Shown: one piece after another, positions 16,633 through 24,191 of the stretch | How positions within the stretch are numbered: the first letter of the stretch is position 1 | How the letters are laid out: every line of letters starts with the position of its first letter | From: a virus | Taxonomy: Duplodnaviria > Caudoviricetes | IMG/VR virus record: IMGVR_UViG_3300020598_000051 | Location: 1 to 24,191 of that record | Strand: one strand, 5' to 3' | DNA: 24,191 nucleotides | Position numbers and translations under genes: made by a program | Notes under the pieces: model-generated | Seen by the model: only the letters and a program-made list of their open reading frames with translations | Told to the model about the DNA's origin: nothing | The model's database searches: none

Positions 16633-17514
16633 CTATCGGCGCAAAGCGGATTTCAGGAGCCCGCTGTCGCTGTCGTCGTCGCCCGTATCATCAGCCGCGA
16701 AGGCCGCCGGGGTCCGACTCAGGGAGGGCGGGAGTTGCGTGACCGAAGGACGCTGCTGCTGTTGAACCTGACCCGTGACCATCTTGACGATGTTCTGGGC
16801 CTGCGACGGGTCATTCAACGCCTGTTGCAGACGTTTGGTGAACCACGCTTCCGGATCGTTGCCGATCTGGGAAAACACCTCACGCTTCTGGTGCCATGCC
16901 ATCAGTTCCCGAAACGGGTCGATGGATGATCCCAGTCGGTTATCCAGAGAGATTGCCTCCGGATCGCCTGCCGATCTCGCTTGCTGGGCAGCCTGCAATG
17001 CAGCATTGACCTTGTCCGGTCCATGCTCACGCTCGGCGTCCTTGCGAGAATAGTAGGCTTGGGTGTTCCAGATACGCTGTTCGATGGGGTCCAACTGCTG
17101 ACGGACGCCATGATTGACGAAGGCGGCCGGGTCCTCATAGAGGTCCGGTGCCTGAGGCTGCGGCTGGTTCTGGCGCTGCAACTGCTGTAGCTGGGCCTGC
17201 AACGTGGCCATGTCACGCTCGTACTGAGCGGCCCGTTGCTCGGCTGCACGACGCGCTTCCGCTTCCTCCCTGAGACGCCACGATGGAATCTCATCTTTGG
17301 AGTTCTGCGGCTGTTCCGTGGGCTGCTCCGCGATCTGCGGGGCAGGGGCGATGTCAGGTTGGACTTCCGGCTGTGGGGCCGGCTGTTCAGCCGAGACAAA
17401 TCGACCAGCCTCATCACGGGGCCTGCCTTGTTCAGGCTGTAGCTCCGGCGAGGCGTCCTGAGGAACGTCGTCGGTCAGTGCAGTGTTGAATAGCTCGCTG
17501 TCTTCGTCGGCCAT
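16633..17514 (-). CDS. Capsid scaffolding protein
   Basis: Acidic Pro/Gln-rich N-terminus, RDEAGRF, IPSWRLREE coiled coil, PDLYEDP, LPPSLS; between portal and capsid. Confidence 0.82.
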   Translation of the reverse strand: MADEDSELFNTALTDDVPQDASPELQPEQGRPRDEAGRFVSAEQPAPQPEVQPDIAPAPQIAEQPTEQPQNSKDEIPSWRLREEAEARRAAEQRAAQYERDMATLQAQLQQLQRQNQPQPQAPDLYEDPAAFVNHGVRQQLDPIEQRIWNTQAYYSRKDAEREHGPDKVNAALQAAQQARSAGDPEAISLDNRLGSSIDPFRELMAWHQKREVFSQIGNDPEAWFTKRLQQALNDPSQAQNIVKMVTGQVQQQQRPSVTQLPPSLSRTPAAFAADDTGDDDSDSGLLKSALRR

Positions 17515-17529
17515 GGGCCATACGTCCTT

Positions 17530-17622
17530 TCGCGTGTCGTGCGATTACGTGGTTCATCCATTGACGGCGGACGCGCCGAGAGCCTTATCGCGGCTCTAAA
17601 CGATTGCCCCGTATCGTGGGGC
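17530..17622 (-). promoter_or_regulatory. Three RNA hairpins with shared RCGAYAM loop in the scaffold leader
   Basis: GCCCC-ACGATAC-GGGGC, AGAGCC-GCGATAA-GGCTCT and TCGC-ACGACAC-GCGA; the last abuts the AAAGGA RBS. Confidence 0.65.
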
Positions 17623-17633
17623 GGACGATCTCG

Positions 17634-19601
17634 TTAAACCGGCTCGCGCTGGCGCAGCCAGTTCTGTTCGGCCTGCGACTGGATATCGCTGGCAAGCTTT
17701 TCCGGAGCCAATGAGGCATCGACGGTCGCCTTATATGCAGTGGCGCGGCTCTGGCTGGCCTTGGCCTGCGTGGCGTCCACGTCCGCCCATGCCTTGGCCT
17801 CCTGAGCCTCGGGGGAGACTGTGGGGCCGTCCATGCGCTGCAACGCGGACATATCCGGGCGGCCCGCTTCCTGCGCCCGCGCCATGTTCAGCATCGTCTC
17901 GGACTGTGTTTTCTCCACCTTGGCCTGCTCACCCGCCAATGCCAGTTCCTGCGCCGGGCCGGGCTGGTTGGCCTGCTCAATCATGCCGAGCACCTTCTTC
18001 TTGGTGCGGGAGTCGATACCGGGCGAAAGCTCGATCAGAACGGCAGGCGGAACCGGCGAACCAGACGACGCCAGCGCAAGAAGGGCATCGTAGGTGTCCG
18101 CCATCATCGTGATGCTGTTCGGCCCCTCGTCGATAATGATATCCACGTCTAGATTACCGAGCGCGTTGACAATCGTCGGCAGGCCGGTTGCTGGGTCAAT
18201 TCCAAGGCTATTGATCTGGATGAACTGCGCCAAACCCTCGTCGTCAGTCACCCGGACCCAACGCTCGGCCGACCAGTGACGCTGGATCGCATTCCAGATC
18301 GCCCGGTAAACCCGGATTTTCCATCCGCGATAGGCGGCGATGTAGGGGCCAAGCTCGGCAATGCCGGCTTGCTGCAATAGCTGGATGGCGCGGCCCGACT
18401 GCCGTTCCACACCCGTGCCGAGAACAGCCGGGTTCGGGCCGAAGTTCTCGACCTCCGTCTTTGCGCCCTCAAGCAGCTTCGACCAGCCGGCAAAGTCAAA
18501 CGTCTGGTCGTCCGCCTTGATCTCACCGCCGGGGTTTGCGACCACGACACCGTCAGGTCGCGCCCATTCCGCGCGGACCTTCTCAACGTCGTTGACCGAT
18601 CCATTGGTCATGATCAGTCGGCGGGACGCCAAAATCTGGTTGAGCTTTGATTCCTTGAAGTTGATGGAGTCCTGTGCCGATTTCAGGTCACGGACAAAGC
18701 CATACCGATCCCCGTCATGGTCGATATTGGCGGAATACATGATAAACTTGCATTCCGTCCGGCCCTTCTCATCGACCAGATAGCTTTCGCCCTCCATCAG
18801 CACCAATGCGCCCGTGAAGATCGAATAGCACCAGCGACCCTTGTGCAGATACCAGCAATCGACAAGACGGACATTCTTCCGCGTCGTGTCGAACCACTTG
18901 TTCTCACGGTCTGGGCTGGTCGTGAACTCGGTCCCGTCCTGAACCGCTGCGTCCAGGTCCTCCGCGCGATCCGGGAACATTTCCTTGGCGAGGTCTAGGT
19001 CAACCCACTTGCTGACGCCCATATAGCGGGCATCCGAGAAGTCGGCGCGATAGCTGCGCGGGTCATAGAAGAACGTGTCAGGCTCTACGACCTCGAACTC
19101 GACATCCTTATCTTCTGGCGAGTTGCTGTCGCCGCTGACAAGGTTGATCTCAATGCCGCCGAAGCCGTCAACAGCGCCGTCGCGACCTACTTCGCTGCTC
19201 TTGGGGGTCCATTCCTGCTGGTCCAGCACATAGCGGATGCAGGCCGTTGCCAGATCGGCTCCTTCCTCGTGCTGTGGCGTCCGGGGGAATGCCTTCGGGT
19301 CCTGCCTGAGCCGTTCCAGAATGCCCACAACACCGTCCACCTTCCGGCGAATGCGGTTGTAGGTTTGGACAGGCTGCTTCCGCTTCTTGAGGACCTTAAT
19401 CTGTTCGGCGGTCCACTGCGCACCATGGTAGTATCGGCGGGCGTTCTTCGCCTCGTCAATTTCCGCGCTCTTGTTGCCAAGATAGTCCGTGTACGCACGC
19501 TTGAGTTTAGCCAGATCCCAGTATTGCGACGGCGCAGACGATGATTGTCCACCGGGATTCGTCGCCGCTGTGGGCGTCCCGGCGCTATAATCGCCTTGCA
19601 T
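17634..19601 (-). CDS. Portal protein (P22-like)
   Basis: RRYYHGAQW, P..TYNRI..KVD.V.G, FFYDPRS...DFSDARY and SGRAI...QQAG motifs; TGATG coupling to terL. Confidence 0.9.
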   Translation of the reverse strand: MQGDYSAGTPTAATNPGGQSSSAPSQYWDLAKLKRAYTDYLGNKSAEIDEAKNARRYYHGAQWTAEQIKVLKKRKQPVQTYNRIRRKVDGVVGILERLRQDPKAFPRTPQHEEGADLATACIRYVLDQQEWTPKSSEVGRDGAVDGFGGIEINLVSGDSNSPEDKDVEFEVVEPDTFFYDPRSYRADFSDARYMGVSKWVDLDLAKEMFPDRAEDLDAAVQDGTEFTTSPDRENKWFDTTRKNVRLVDCWYLHKGRWCYSIFTGALVLMEGESYLVDEKGRTECKFIMYSANIDHDGDRYGFVRDLKSAQDSINFKESKLNQILASRRLIMTNGSVNDVEKVRAEWARPDGVVVANPGGEIKADDQTFDFAGWSKLLEGAKTEVENFGPNPAVLGTGVERQSGRAIQLLQQAGIAELGPYIAAYRGWKIRVYRAIWNAIQRHWSAERWVRVTDDEGLAQFIQINSLGIDPATGLPTIVNALGNLDVDIIIDEGPNSITMMADTYDALLALASSGSPVPPAVLIELSPGIDSRTKKKVLGMIEQANQPGPAQELALAGEQAKVEKTQSETMLNMARAQEAGRPDMSALQRMDGPTVSPEAQEAKAWADVDATQAKASQSRATAYKATVDASLAPEKLASDIQSQAEQNWLRQREPV

Positions 19602-21058
19602 CAAGCAACCATCCAGAGTCCGCCGTCGTCCTGCGCCTCAGGCTCGCTATAACCGTTCGGGTCCTCCCGAACAGCAGGCTTAGCCGGCGCGTCTCCGTGC
19701 ATCATTTTGTCGAGCAATTGTCCAAGCAGGCCGAGCATATCAACCTGATCATCGTGCTTGCCCGCCGGGAAACTCAGCAGCTCGCTGTAAAGGTCAGGCA
19801 GCCAGTCCGCTCCGACAGGGACATGGAGCCCATTCAGCGCCATCCTGCCGATGATCGACTGCGCTCGAACCGCCTTGTCGCCCCGCGTCGGGAACTGCTC
19901 CCGATAGACATAGGCGCCGCGTTCACGCTGCCGCTGATCGATGAACGGGCCGACACCGGAGCGGATTTGCCCCGTTTCTTCCGCCCAAGCCATTGGCTTG
20001 TATCGCAGGACCAGATCGCAGAACCGCTCAACCCAGATGTTCGATGCTGCCTGCTGCCGCCACACGTCCAGCAGGTACATCCGGCCCTCCGGATCGATCC
20101 CCGCCACACCGTGGACCGTGTAATCCCCGCCATCTGAGGTAACGGCATAGTCCGATGCGCCGTATATCCGCATGGTCTTGAGGTCCGGCAGGCTCGACAC
20201 CGGCTTGATCCATTCCTTCCGGAATAATGTGCCTTCCTCTGGCGCCGGGCGCTGCTGGTAGAGCGCGGACCATGTGCGGGCAGGCGTGGTCCGCTTGACC
20301 GCCCGCATCTGCTCGCCGTAGCCGTAATCATCATCCGACCAGAGCCATTCGCCGGGCTTTCTGCCGAGCGGGTCGTTTGCCTCTGCCTCCGCCGGCAGGC
20401 TGATCGCGTGCCATTCGTCGTGGTTCAACGCCCGGCCGGCAAGATCATCCTCATGCCAGCGGGTTTGGATCAGCACCTCACGGGCACCAGGCACAAGACG
20501 AGTGCGGAAGTCGTTTAGGTACCAGTCCCAGATACGATCCCGGATTAGTTGGCTGTCGGCATCCTGTCGTGACCGGATCGGGTCATCGATCAGACCCATA
20601 TTCGCGCGAAAACCAGCAATGCCGGTCCCGACGCCAGCAGCGTAGTATTCGCCTCCGGTCTGCAACGCCCAACGGCCGGCTGCCTGACTGTCCTCCGCCA
20701 GCGCCAGATTGAGAGGTAGTGAGTGCTCCTGGATCAGGTTTCGTACTCGCCTGCCCCACTTCTCCGCCAACTCGGTCGTGTGCGAAGCGGCCAGCACATT
20801 CCATTTGGGACGGCGCTGCATCAGCCATGGGACAAACAGGACACTCGAATAGGTGCTCTTGGCGCTGCCCGGCGGCATGAACACTGCCAACCGAGGAATA
20901 TCGCCACGCTCTACAGCCTCAAGCCCTTCGATCAGCACCTTATGGTGCCGGGCAGGCTCAAACCCGCAGAGACGCGCCCATTCAGTTAAGCTGGCTCGGA
21001 TCGACCGGCGTTTCAGCAACTCCGTCGCCGCTGCCGACCGCGATATCTGCGAGTTCAT
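19601..21058 (-). CDS. terL: Terminase large subunit
   Basis: Walker A MPPGSAKS, Walker B LIDD, TRWHEDDLAG, ALYQQRP, nuclease GKHDDQVD; ATG 21058 or GTG 21064. Confidence 0.95.
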   Translation of the reverse strand: MNSQISRSAAATELLKRRSIRASLTEWARLCGFEPARHHKVLIEGLEAVERGDIPRLAVFMPPGSAKSTYSSVLFVPWLMQRRPKWNVLAASHTTELAEKWGRRVRNLIQEHSLPLNLALAEDSQAAGRWALQTGGEYYAAGVGTGIAGFRANMGLIDDPIRSRQDADSQLIRDRIWDWYLNDFRTRLVPGAREVLIQTRWHEDDLAGRALNHDEWHAISLPAEAEANDPLGRKPGEWLWSDDDYGYGEQMRAVKRTTPARTWSALYQQRPAPEEGTLFRKEWIKPVSSLPDLKTMRIYGASDYAVTSDGGDYTVHGVAGIDPEGRMYLLDVWRQQAASNIWVERFCDLVLRYKPMAWAEETGQIRSGVGPFIDQRQRERGAYVYREQFPTRGDKAVRAQSIIGRMALNGLHVPVGADWLPDLYSELLSFPAGKHDDQVDMLGLLGQLLDKMMHGDAPAKPAVREDPNGYSEPEAQDDGGLWMVA

Positions 21059-21269
21059 CGTCACTCAGGTCTTTGGCAATCTGCCGGCGAACGGTCATGT
21101 CTACGGTCTGCGCAGGCTTGCCCCAGCCTCGATCAAGCAGGGCCGTCGCAGCGGAAACCCGAGCAGCGGGCGGCGCTTCGGGCTGCTGCATAACGCCAGC
21201 AAGCGTCTTGATGGCGCTTTCGGTGTAGGAGCGCGCCAAAGAGCGGATATCTGTCGGTGCTTTAGCCAT
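20982..21269 (-). CDS. Putative terminase small subunit
   Basis: LAR.YT..AI.TL...M...ARVSAA.ALLDRGWGKP.Q and LSDDEL motifs; overlaps the terL start. Confidence 0.7.
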   Translation of the reverse strand: MAKAPTDIRSLARSYTESAIKTLAGVMQQPEAPPAARVSAATALLDRGWGKPAQTVDMTVRRQIAKDLSDDELADIAVGSGDGVAETPVDPSQLN

Positions 21270-21513
21270 TTAGGGAACTTTGGTTGGCCACCTCAAGGAC
21301 ATCGAATTTGAACCGTTTCAGTGTCGCCATGTCTGCCTTCGCGAAGAAATCGACAGCAATTTTCATCTGGTCACTCCATGCCTCGATCAGATCGGGCCGG
21401 CGCACAGCTTCTTTGAGAAAGGCAGCCCGACAGTGATCCTGCGCTTGGCGTACAAGGCGGCTCCGCTCGCTCTCGCGGACCCTGAAGCCGACACCAAGTA
21501 TCTGACTGCTCAA
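21262..21513 (-). CDS. Hypothetical phage protein
   Basis: 83 aa; TTGA overlap with the upstream ORF and 8-nt overlap with terS. Confidence 0.5.
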   Translation of the reverse strand: MSSQILGVGFRVRESERSRLVRQAQDHCRAAFLKEAVRRPDLIEAWSDQMKIAVDFFAKADMATLKRFKFDVLEVANQSSLNG

Positions 21514-21692
21514 GGTAACCTCCGGAAACTGATGACCCTACTGCGCTTTCCCATAACCGACGGGCCGAACTCGTCTTTGATCTCGGCGCTAAACCATTTG
21601 CCGGTCCATTTGCCGCTCTGATCTTTCACGTAGCCCCATTGTGTAAGACGCGCTTCGCAGTCTCTTACTGTCTCAAGAGATACGTCAGCCAT
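21510..21692 (-). CDS. Hypothetical phage protein
   Basis: 60 aa; GAGGA RBS before ATG at 21692. Confidence 0.55.
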   Translation of the reverse strand: MADVSLETVRDCEARLTQWGYVKDQSGKWTGKWFSAEIKDEFGPSVMGKRSRVISFRRLP

Positions 21693-21727
21693 TCAGTCCT
21701 CTGTAACCGTGTGGGAGGTGGCCAATG

Positions 21728-21753
21728 AAAAAGCCGCCCGGTGAGGGGCGGCC
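21728..21753 (-). terminator. Intrinsic terminator closing the late leader
   Basis: GGCCGCCC-CTCACC-GGGCGGCT followed by TTTT on the minus strand. Confidence 0.75.
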
Positions 21754-21787
21754 TGTAAGCGTCAATAGCGATCTTTAGCAGTCTGTA

Positions 21788-21889
21788 AGGCTTCGATGCT
21801 GGCGGGTCGCGACGCCCGCTGGGCTCTTGGATAATCCCGGACCCGGTGCGCACCGGATGCGCTTCTGCTCTCAGCGCCGCAGCGTCGAA
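21788..21889 (-). ncRNA. tRNA-like cloverleaf element 3
   Basis: Closing stem TTCGACGCTG/CAGCATCGAA (1 mismatch), CG linker, GCGCT/AGCGC arm, CCGGT/ACCGG arm, variable region, GCGGG-8nt-CCCGC arm, 3' GCCT. Confidence 0.6.
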
Positions 21890-21890
21890 T

Positions 21891-21970
21891 TGGATTGCGG
21901 TGGGGCTAATCGCCAACCGTCTTGCCTAGCTTTCGCAGCCCAGGGGCCTTTTCGGCAAGCAACACCGCAA
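21891..21970 (-). ncRNA. Multibranched element 2 ending in T-CCA
   Basis: Closing stem TTGCGGTG/CACCGCAA followed by TCCA; internal CTTGCC/GGCAAG stem and GGTTG/TAGCC hairpin. Confidence 0.55.
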
Positions 21971-21973
21971 ACT

Positions 21974-22121
21974 TGGATCAATGCGGGCCGGGCTTGATAC
22001 CGGCTGCTGGCCCCGTTGACGCGCAGCGATGGAGTTGAACCAAGCACACTGCCAGCCGCTCTTACCGTTGAGCTATCCAACCGCGCCACCGACTGCGTGT
22101 CCTTCCACGCCGCCGCACTGA
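21974..22121 (-). ncRNA. tRNA-like element 1 ending in T-CCA, with nested tRNA remnant
   Basis: Closing stem TCAGTGCGG/CCGCATTGA then TCCA; CG linker; GCGT-GGAAGGAC-ACGC arm; GCCGG-TATCAAGC-CCGGC arm. Confidence 0.65.
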
Positions 22122-22172
22122 ATCAGAACGGGACCTCCACCCATCAGGGCGCAGTCCCACATCTCGACTTTT

Positions 22173-22201
22173 ACCCTACGTTTGCTGGACCAGTCCCGCA
22201 A
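22173..22201 (-). promoter_or_regulatory. Putative late promoter
   Basis: TTGCGG (22201-22196), 17-bp spacer, TAGGGT (22178-22173), overlapping the stop of the upstream regulator gene. Confidence 0.55.
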
Positions 22202-22796
22202 GTGTATTCGGTTTGTTCTCCCCGCTATTAACAGCCGGTGAGACGTATCGGAAGGCGATGGCGAGGGTTTCCAAGCATTCCCTGATGCGCCGGCCGAAAT
22301 ATTTAAGCTCTGGTTCGGTGTCACAGCCGCGACGTGCTGCGATCTCCTTGATGCCTCGGCCATGGACGAGAAAGTCCATCATCAGCGCCTCTCCCTCCAA
22401 GCCCAGCTTAATTGACGCCAGCGCCAGCGCGCGGAATGCCTTCTGCTGCCGCTCCGTCAGGCCGTCCTGCGCGATCTGCCCGCCGTCCACAGCCTCCTTG
22501 GTCGTGTCGATAGCCTTGGCCGCTCCCAGCTCGGCAATCTCGTATTCCTGCTGCCAGTGACGTCCGCCGAGGTATTGGCCCTCGTCGATCTGGCCTCTGG
22601 CCCTGAGACGGGCGAGAGGATCATCACGCAGATTCCGCATGACGATGATCTTGGCCCCGGCCTCATATGGGTCATCTACCTGAGCCTCTACCGTCTCAGC
22701 CTGTCGGGATAGGTCACTGGCGCGCCTGTCGTGCGTCACAGGCCCGTTAGGACCTGCCAGCGTGATCTGTGAGCGCTTGAGCTTGCGTTTGGCCAT
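22176..22796 (-). CDS. Putative late-gene regulator (DUF6456-like, Q-position)
   Basis: NLRDDPLARL.ARGQID..QY.GG, AID...E.VDGG and C-terminal HTH-like GIKEIAARRG...RIRECLETLA; last gene before the late leader. Confidence 0.65.
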   Translation of the reverse strand: MAKRKLKRSQITLAGPNGPVTHDRRASDLSRQAETVEAQVDDPYEAGAKIIVMRNLRDDPLARLRARGQIDEGQYLGGRHWQQEYEIAELGAAKAIDTTKEAVDGGQIAQDGLTERQQKAFRALALASIKLGLEGEALMMDFLVHGRGIKEIAARRGCDTEPELKYFGRRIRECLETLAIAFRYVSPAVNSGENKPNTLAGLVQQT

Positions 22797-22860
22797 GTGG
22801 TCCTGCCTTGGCAGTGGGTTATGGGAGATACGCAGGACAAATTTGGGACAAGTCCCGATC

Positions 22861-23133
22861 TCATTCCGGGAGAGTCACCACTGGTGATCGTTCGGCCTCT
22901 AGAATGGCGATTATCTCATCCGCCTTCCGGAATCCGTACAGCCTGCGACCCATTATGCGGACGTAGTAGTCCGCATCTTCGGCTCTGCTAACCTCTGCGT
23001 CGAACGCATACGGTTCAAGGATATAGGCGATCCTCTGTCTTAAAGAACCGGCTGTCCGCGCTTCGGTGCCGCCGCCCTCAAGCCTAAGATCACCAGTGGT
23101 ACCTAGCACGGAAACGTCGCGGTCATTGTCCAT
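22861..23133 (-). CDS. Hypothetical phage protein
   Basis: 90 aa; AAAGGA RBS before ATG at 23133. Confidence 0.55.
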   Translation of the reverse strand: MDNDRDVSVLGTTGDLRLEGGGTEARTAGSLRQRIAYILEPYAFDAEVSRAEDADYYVRIMGRRLYGFRKADEIIAILEAERSPVVTLPE

Positions 23134-23147
23134 ATCTGTTTCCTTTA

Positions 23148-23163
23148 TGTTCCACGTGAAACA
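23148..23163. promoter_or_regulatory. parS consensus site
   Basis: TGTTCCACGTGAAACA matches the chromosomal parS consensus TGTTNCACGTGAAACA; intergenic. Confidence 0.75.
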
Positions 23164-23274
23164 TTAGATGAGGCCAAAGAGGCAGGCGGCTCCGGCCAAA
23201 TCGACCACACCAAGAAGCCCCGCGAACATCACCGCAAAAACAAGCGCTAGATCGTAAATATACTCGTTCATCAT
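23164..23274 (-). CDS. 36-aa hydrophobic peptide (not in the ORF track)
   Basis: Hand translation MMNEYIYDLALVFAVMFAGLLGVVDLAGAACLFGLI; ATGA overlap with the upstream gene. Confidence 0.5.
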   Translation of the reverse strand: MMNEYIYDLALVFAVMFAGLLGVVDLAGAACLFGLI

Positions 23275-23828
23275 CCCACCTTCTTCATCGGTTGATCGGG
23301 GAGGGCGTCGAAGTCGTCGTCAGACAGCCCGAACCTCTCCTTGAAATCATCCCGTCCAGACAGAGCGGGCGATGACGCCTTCCCGGCCCTGATATTGATC
23401 CCATGGCGCGCTAGATCGTCGGCTATCTCGTCATAGGACTTGCGGGATGAGCGATCCTCGATCTGACGGCGCTCCTGTAACTGGCTTCGCTGGACGTCCT
23501 GTTGCCGCTGCCGCGCTCTGATCGAGGACATGCGGGATTCGCACGCGTCACGAATCTCCGCCACTGACGGAGCCCACTTCATCGTGGCCGGAAGGCCAGA
23601 AATCGGGCTCAGGATAGACGCCAGCACCGAGCGCGGATACTGCATCAGCAGTTCAACTGTGCCGGCCAGAACCACCATCGGGTCACCCACTTCGCGCGGG
23701 GGGAAGTAGCTGAACAACCTCCGCGCCGCCTCCGCCGCCTCCTGCTGGCTCACGCCGGGCGAACTCCCCGAGTTGGTCGAGGGCGTCTGTCCAACTTGCC
23801 TTGGATCGATCCTTACGGGTTTGAACAT
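23271..23828 (-). CDS. Phage replication-region protein (helicase-loader position)
   Basis: AGGAG RBS before ATG at 23828; LL.QYP...GLP...KWAPSVAEIR.AC motif; overlaps the end of the upstream replication gene. Confidence 0.6.
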   Translation of the reverse strand: MFKPVRIDPRQVGQTPSTNSGSSPGVSQQEAAEAARRLFSYFPPREVGDPMVVLAGTVELLMQYPRSVLASILSPISGLPATMKWAPSVAEIRDACESRMSSIRARQRQQDVQRSQLQERRQIEDRSSRKSYDEIADDLARHGINIRAGKASSPALSGRDDFKERFGLSDDDFDALPDQPMKKVG

Positions 23829-24191
23829 TCCGGGCTCCTGGGGTGCCTTCTGGTAACGGGGACGTGCGAGTTGCGTGGGCATCGGCTATCGCGGCCTCGA
23901 AATATTTGATGCCCCTCGGCGGCCCTTGGCCCTTGGCCGCGCGGGCAGCGGCGAGCGAGGTCACGGTCGGCAGAATGTCGAGTTCGAGGTCCCAATCCTT
24001 GAGCCAGCGGGCGACAAACGGGCGTTGGCCGAAGGTCGATGGCTCATCGGGATCGAAGCCGGCGGCCACCAGCACCCGCTGGGCTGGCTCGAACCAATCC
24101 GGAAGGCGGCCGGCAACCGGTCTCTCGGCCGGAGGATCGCCCAGAACCTCGCAACCCGCGTCCGCGCAAGCAGCAGCAGCAGGGGGAGGGG
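23683..24191 (-). CDS. 3' part of putative replication initiator; start outside the window
   Basis: Frame open to the window edge; C-terminal W...WDLELDILP...KYFEAAIADA helical domain; position upstream of the loader-like gene. Confidence 0.55.
   Translation of the reverse strand, partial: PPPAAAACADAGCEVLGDPPAERPVAGRLPDWFEPAQRVLVAAGFDPDEPSTFGQRPFVARWLKDWDLELDILPTVTSLAAARAAKGQGPPRGIKYFEAAIADAHATRTSPLPEGTPGARNVQTRKDRSKASWTDALDQLGEFARREPAGGGGGGAEVVQLLPPARSG

Larger units (their letters stand above)
3949..24191 (-). mobile_element. Prophage with P22-like podovirus morphogenesis module, apparently integrated at tRNA-Asp; continues past the window
   Basis: Co-oriented terminase-portal-scaffold-capsid-gp4-gp10-ejection-tail-lysis genes end about 200 bp from the tRNA 3' end. 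No tape measure or tail tube gene. Integrase and second att site are not in the window. Confidence 0.92.

Noticed and set aside
21974-22121. Element 1 as a functional tRNA, tRNA-Sec or tmRNA
   Set aside because: No canonical T loop in the outer fold, no TCA or other clear anticodon arm, and far too short for a tmRNA tag and pseudoknots.
22130-22158. CTGATGG hairpin as a hammerhead ribozyme core
   Set aside because: Does not match CUGANGA, and there is no correctly placed GAAA or three-stem junction.
21665-22363. ORFs 21665-21916, 21871-22089 and 22073-22363 as proteins
   Set aside because: They have weak starts, cross a terminator or promoter, and overlie dense RNA pairing, which explains the region better.

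Overview
GC-rich alphaproteobacterial (probably Hyphomicrobiales) chromosome segment. Bases 1-3948 are host backbone: partial GNAT-like gene, decayed IS5 transposase, HMA-like membrane protein, alpha/beta hydrolase, HU and tRNA-Asp(GTC). From the tRNA 3' end to the window edge lies a minus-strand prophage with a P22-like podovirus gene order. In transcription order it carries replication genes, a putative late regulator, a non-coding late leader, terS, terL, portal, scaffold, major capsid, a possible decoration protein, a GT-A glycosyltransferase, gp4/gp10/gp26-like tail genes, three ejection proteins, an opposite-strand moron slot, tail fibre genes and a lysis cassette that appears broken by a deletion (no endolysin visible). 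The most unusual signal is the ~440-nt late leader (about 21728-22170). It holds three tandem tRNA-shaped but non-canonical RNAs, two ending in discriminator+CCA and one with a decayed tRNA nested inside it. Also notable are the glycosyltransferase in the head module, a consensus parS site inside the prophage, and three hairpins with a shared loop motif upstream of the scaffold gene. Family calls come from motifs and gene order read by eye; no searches or folding programs were run.
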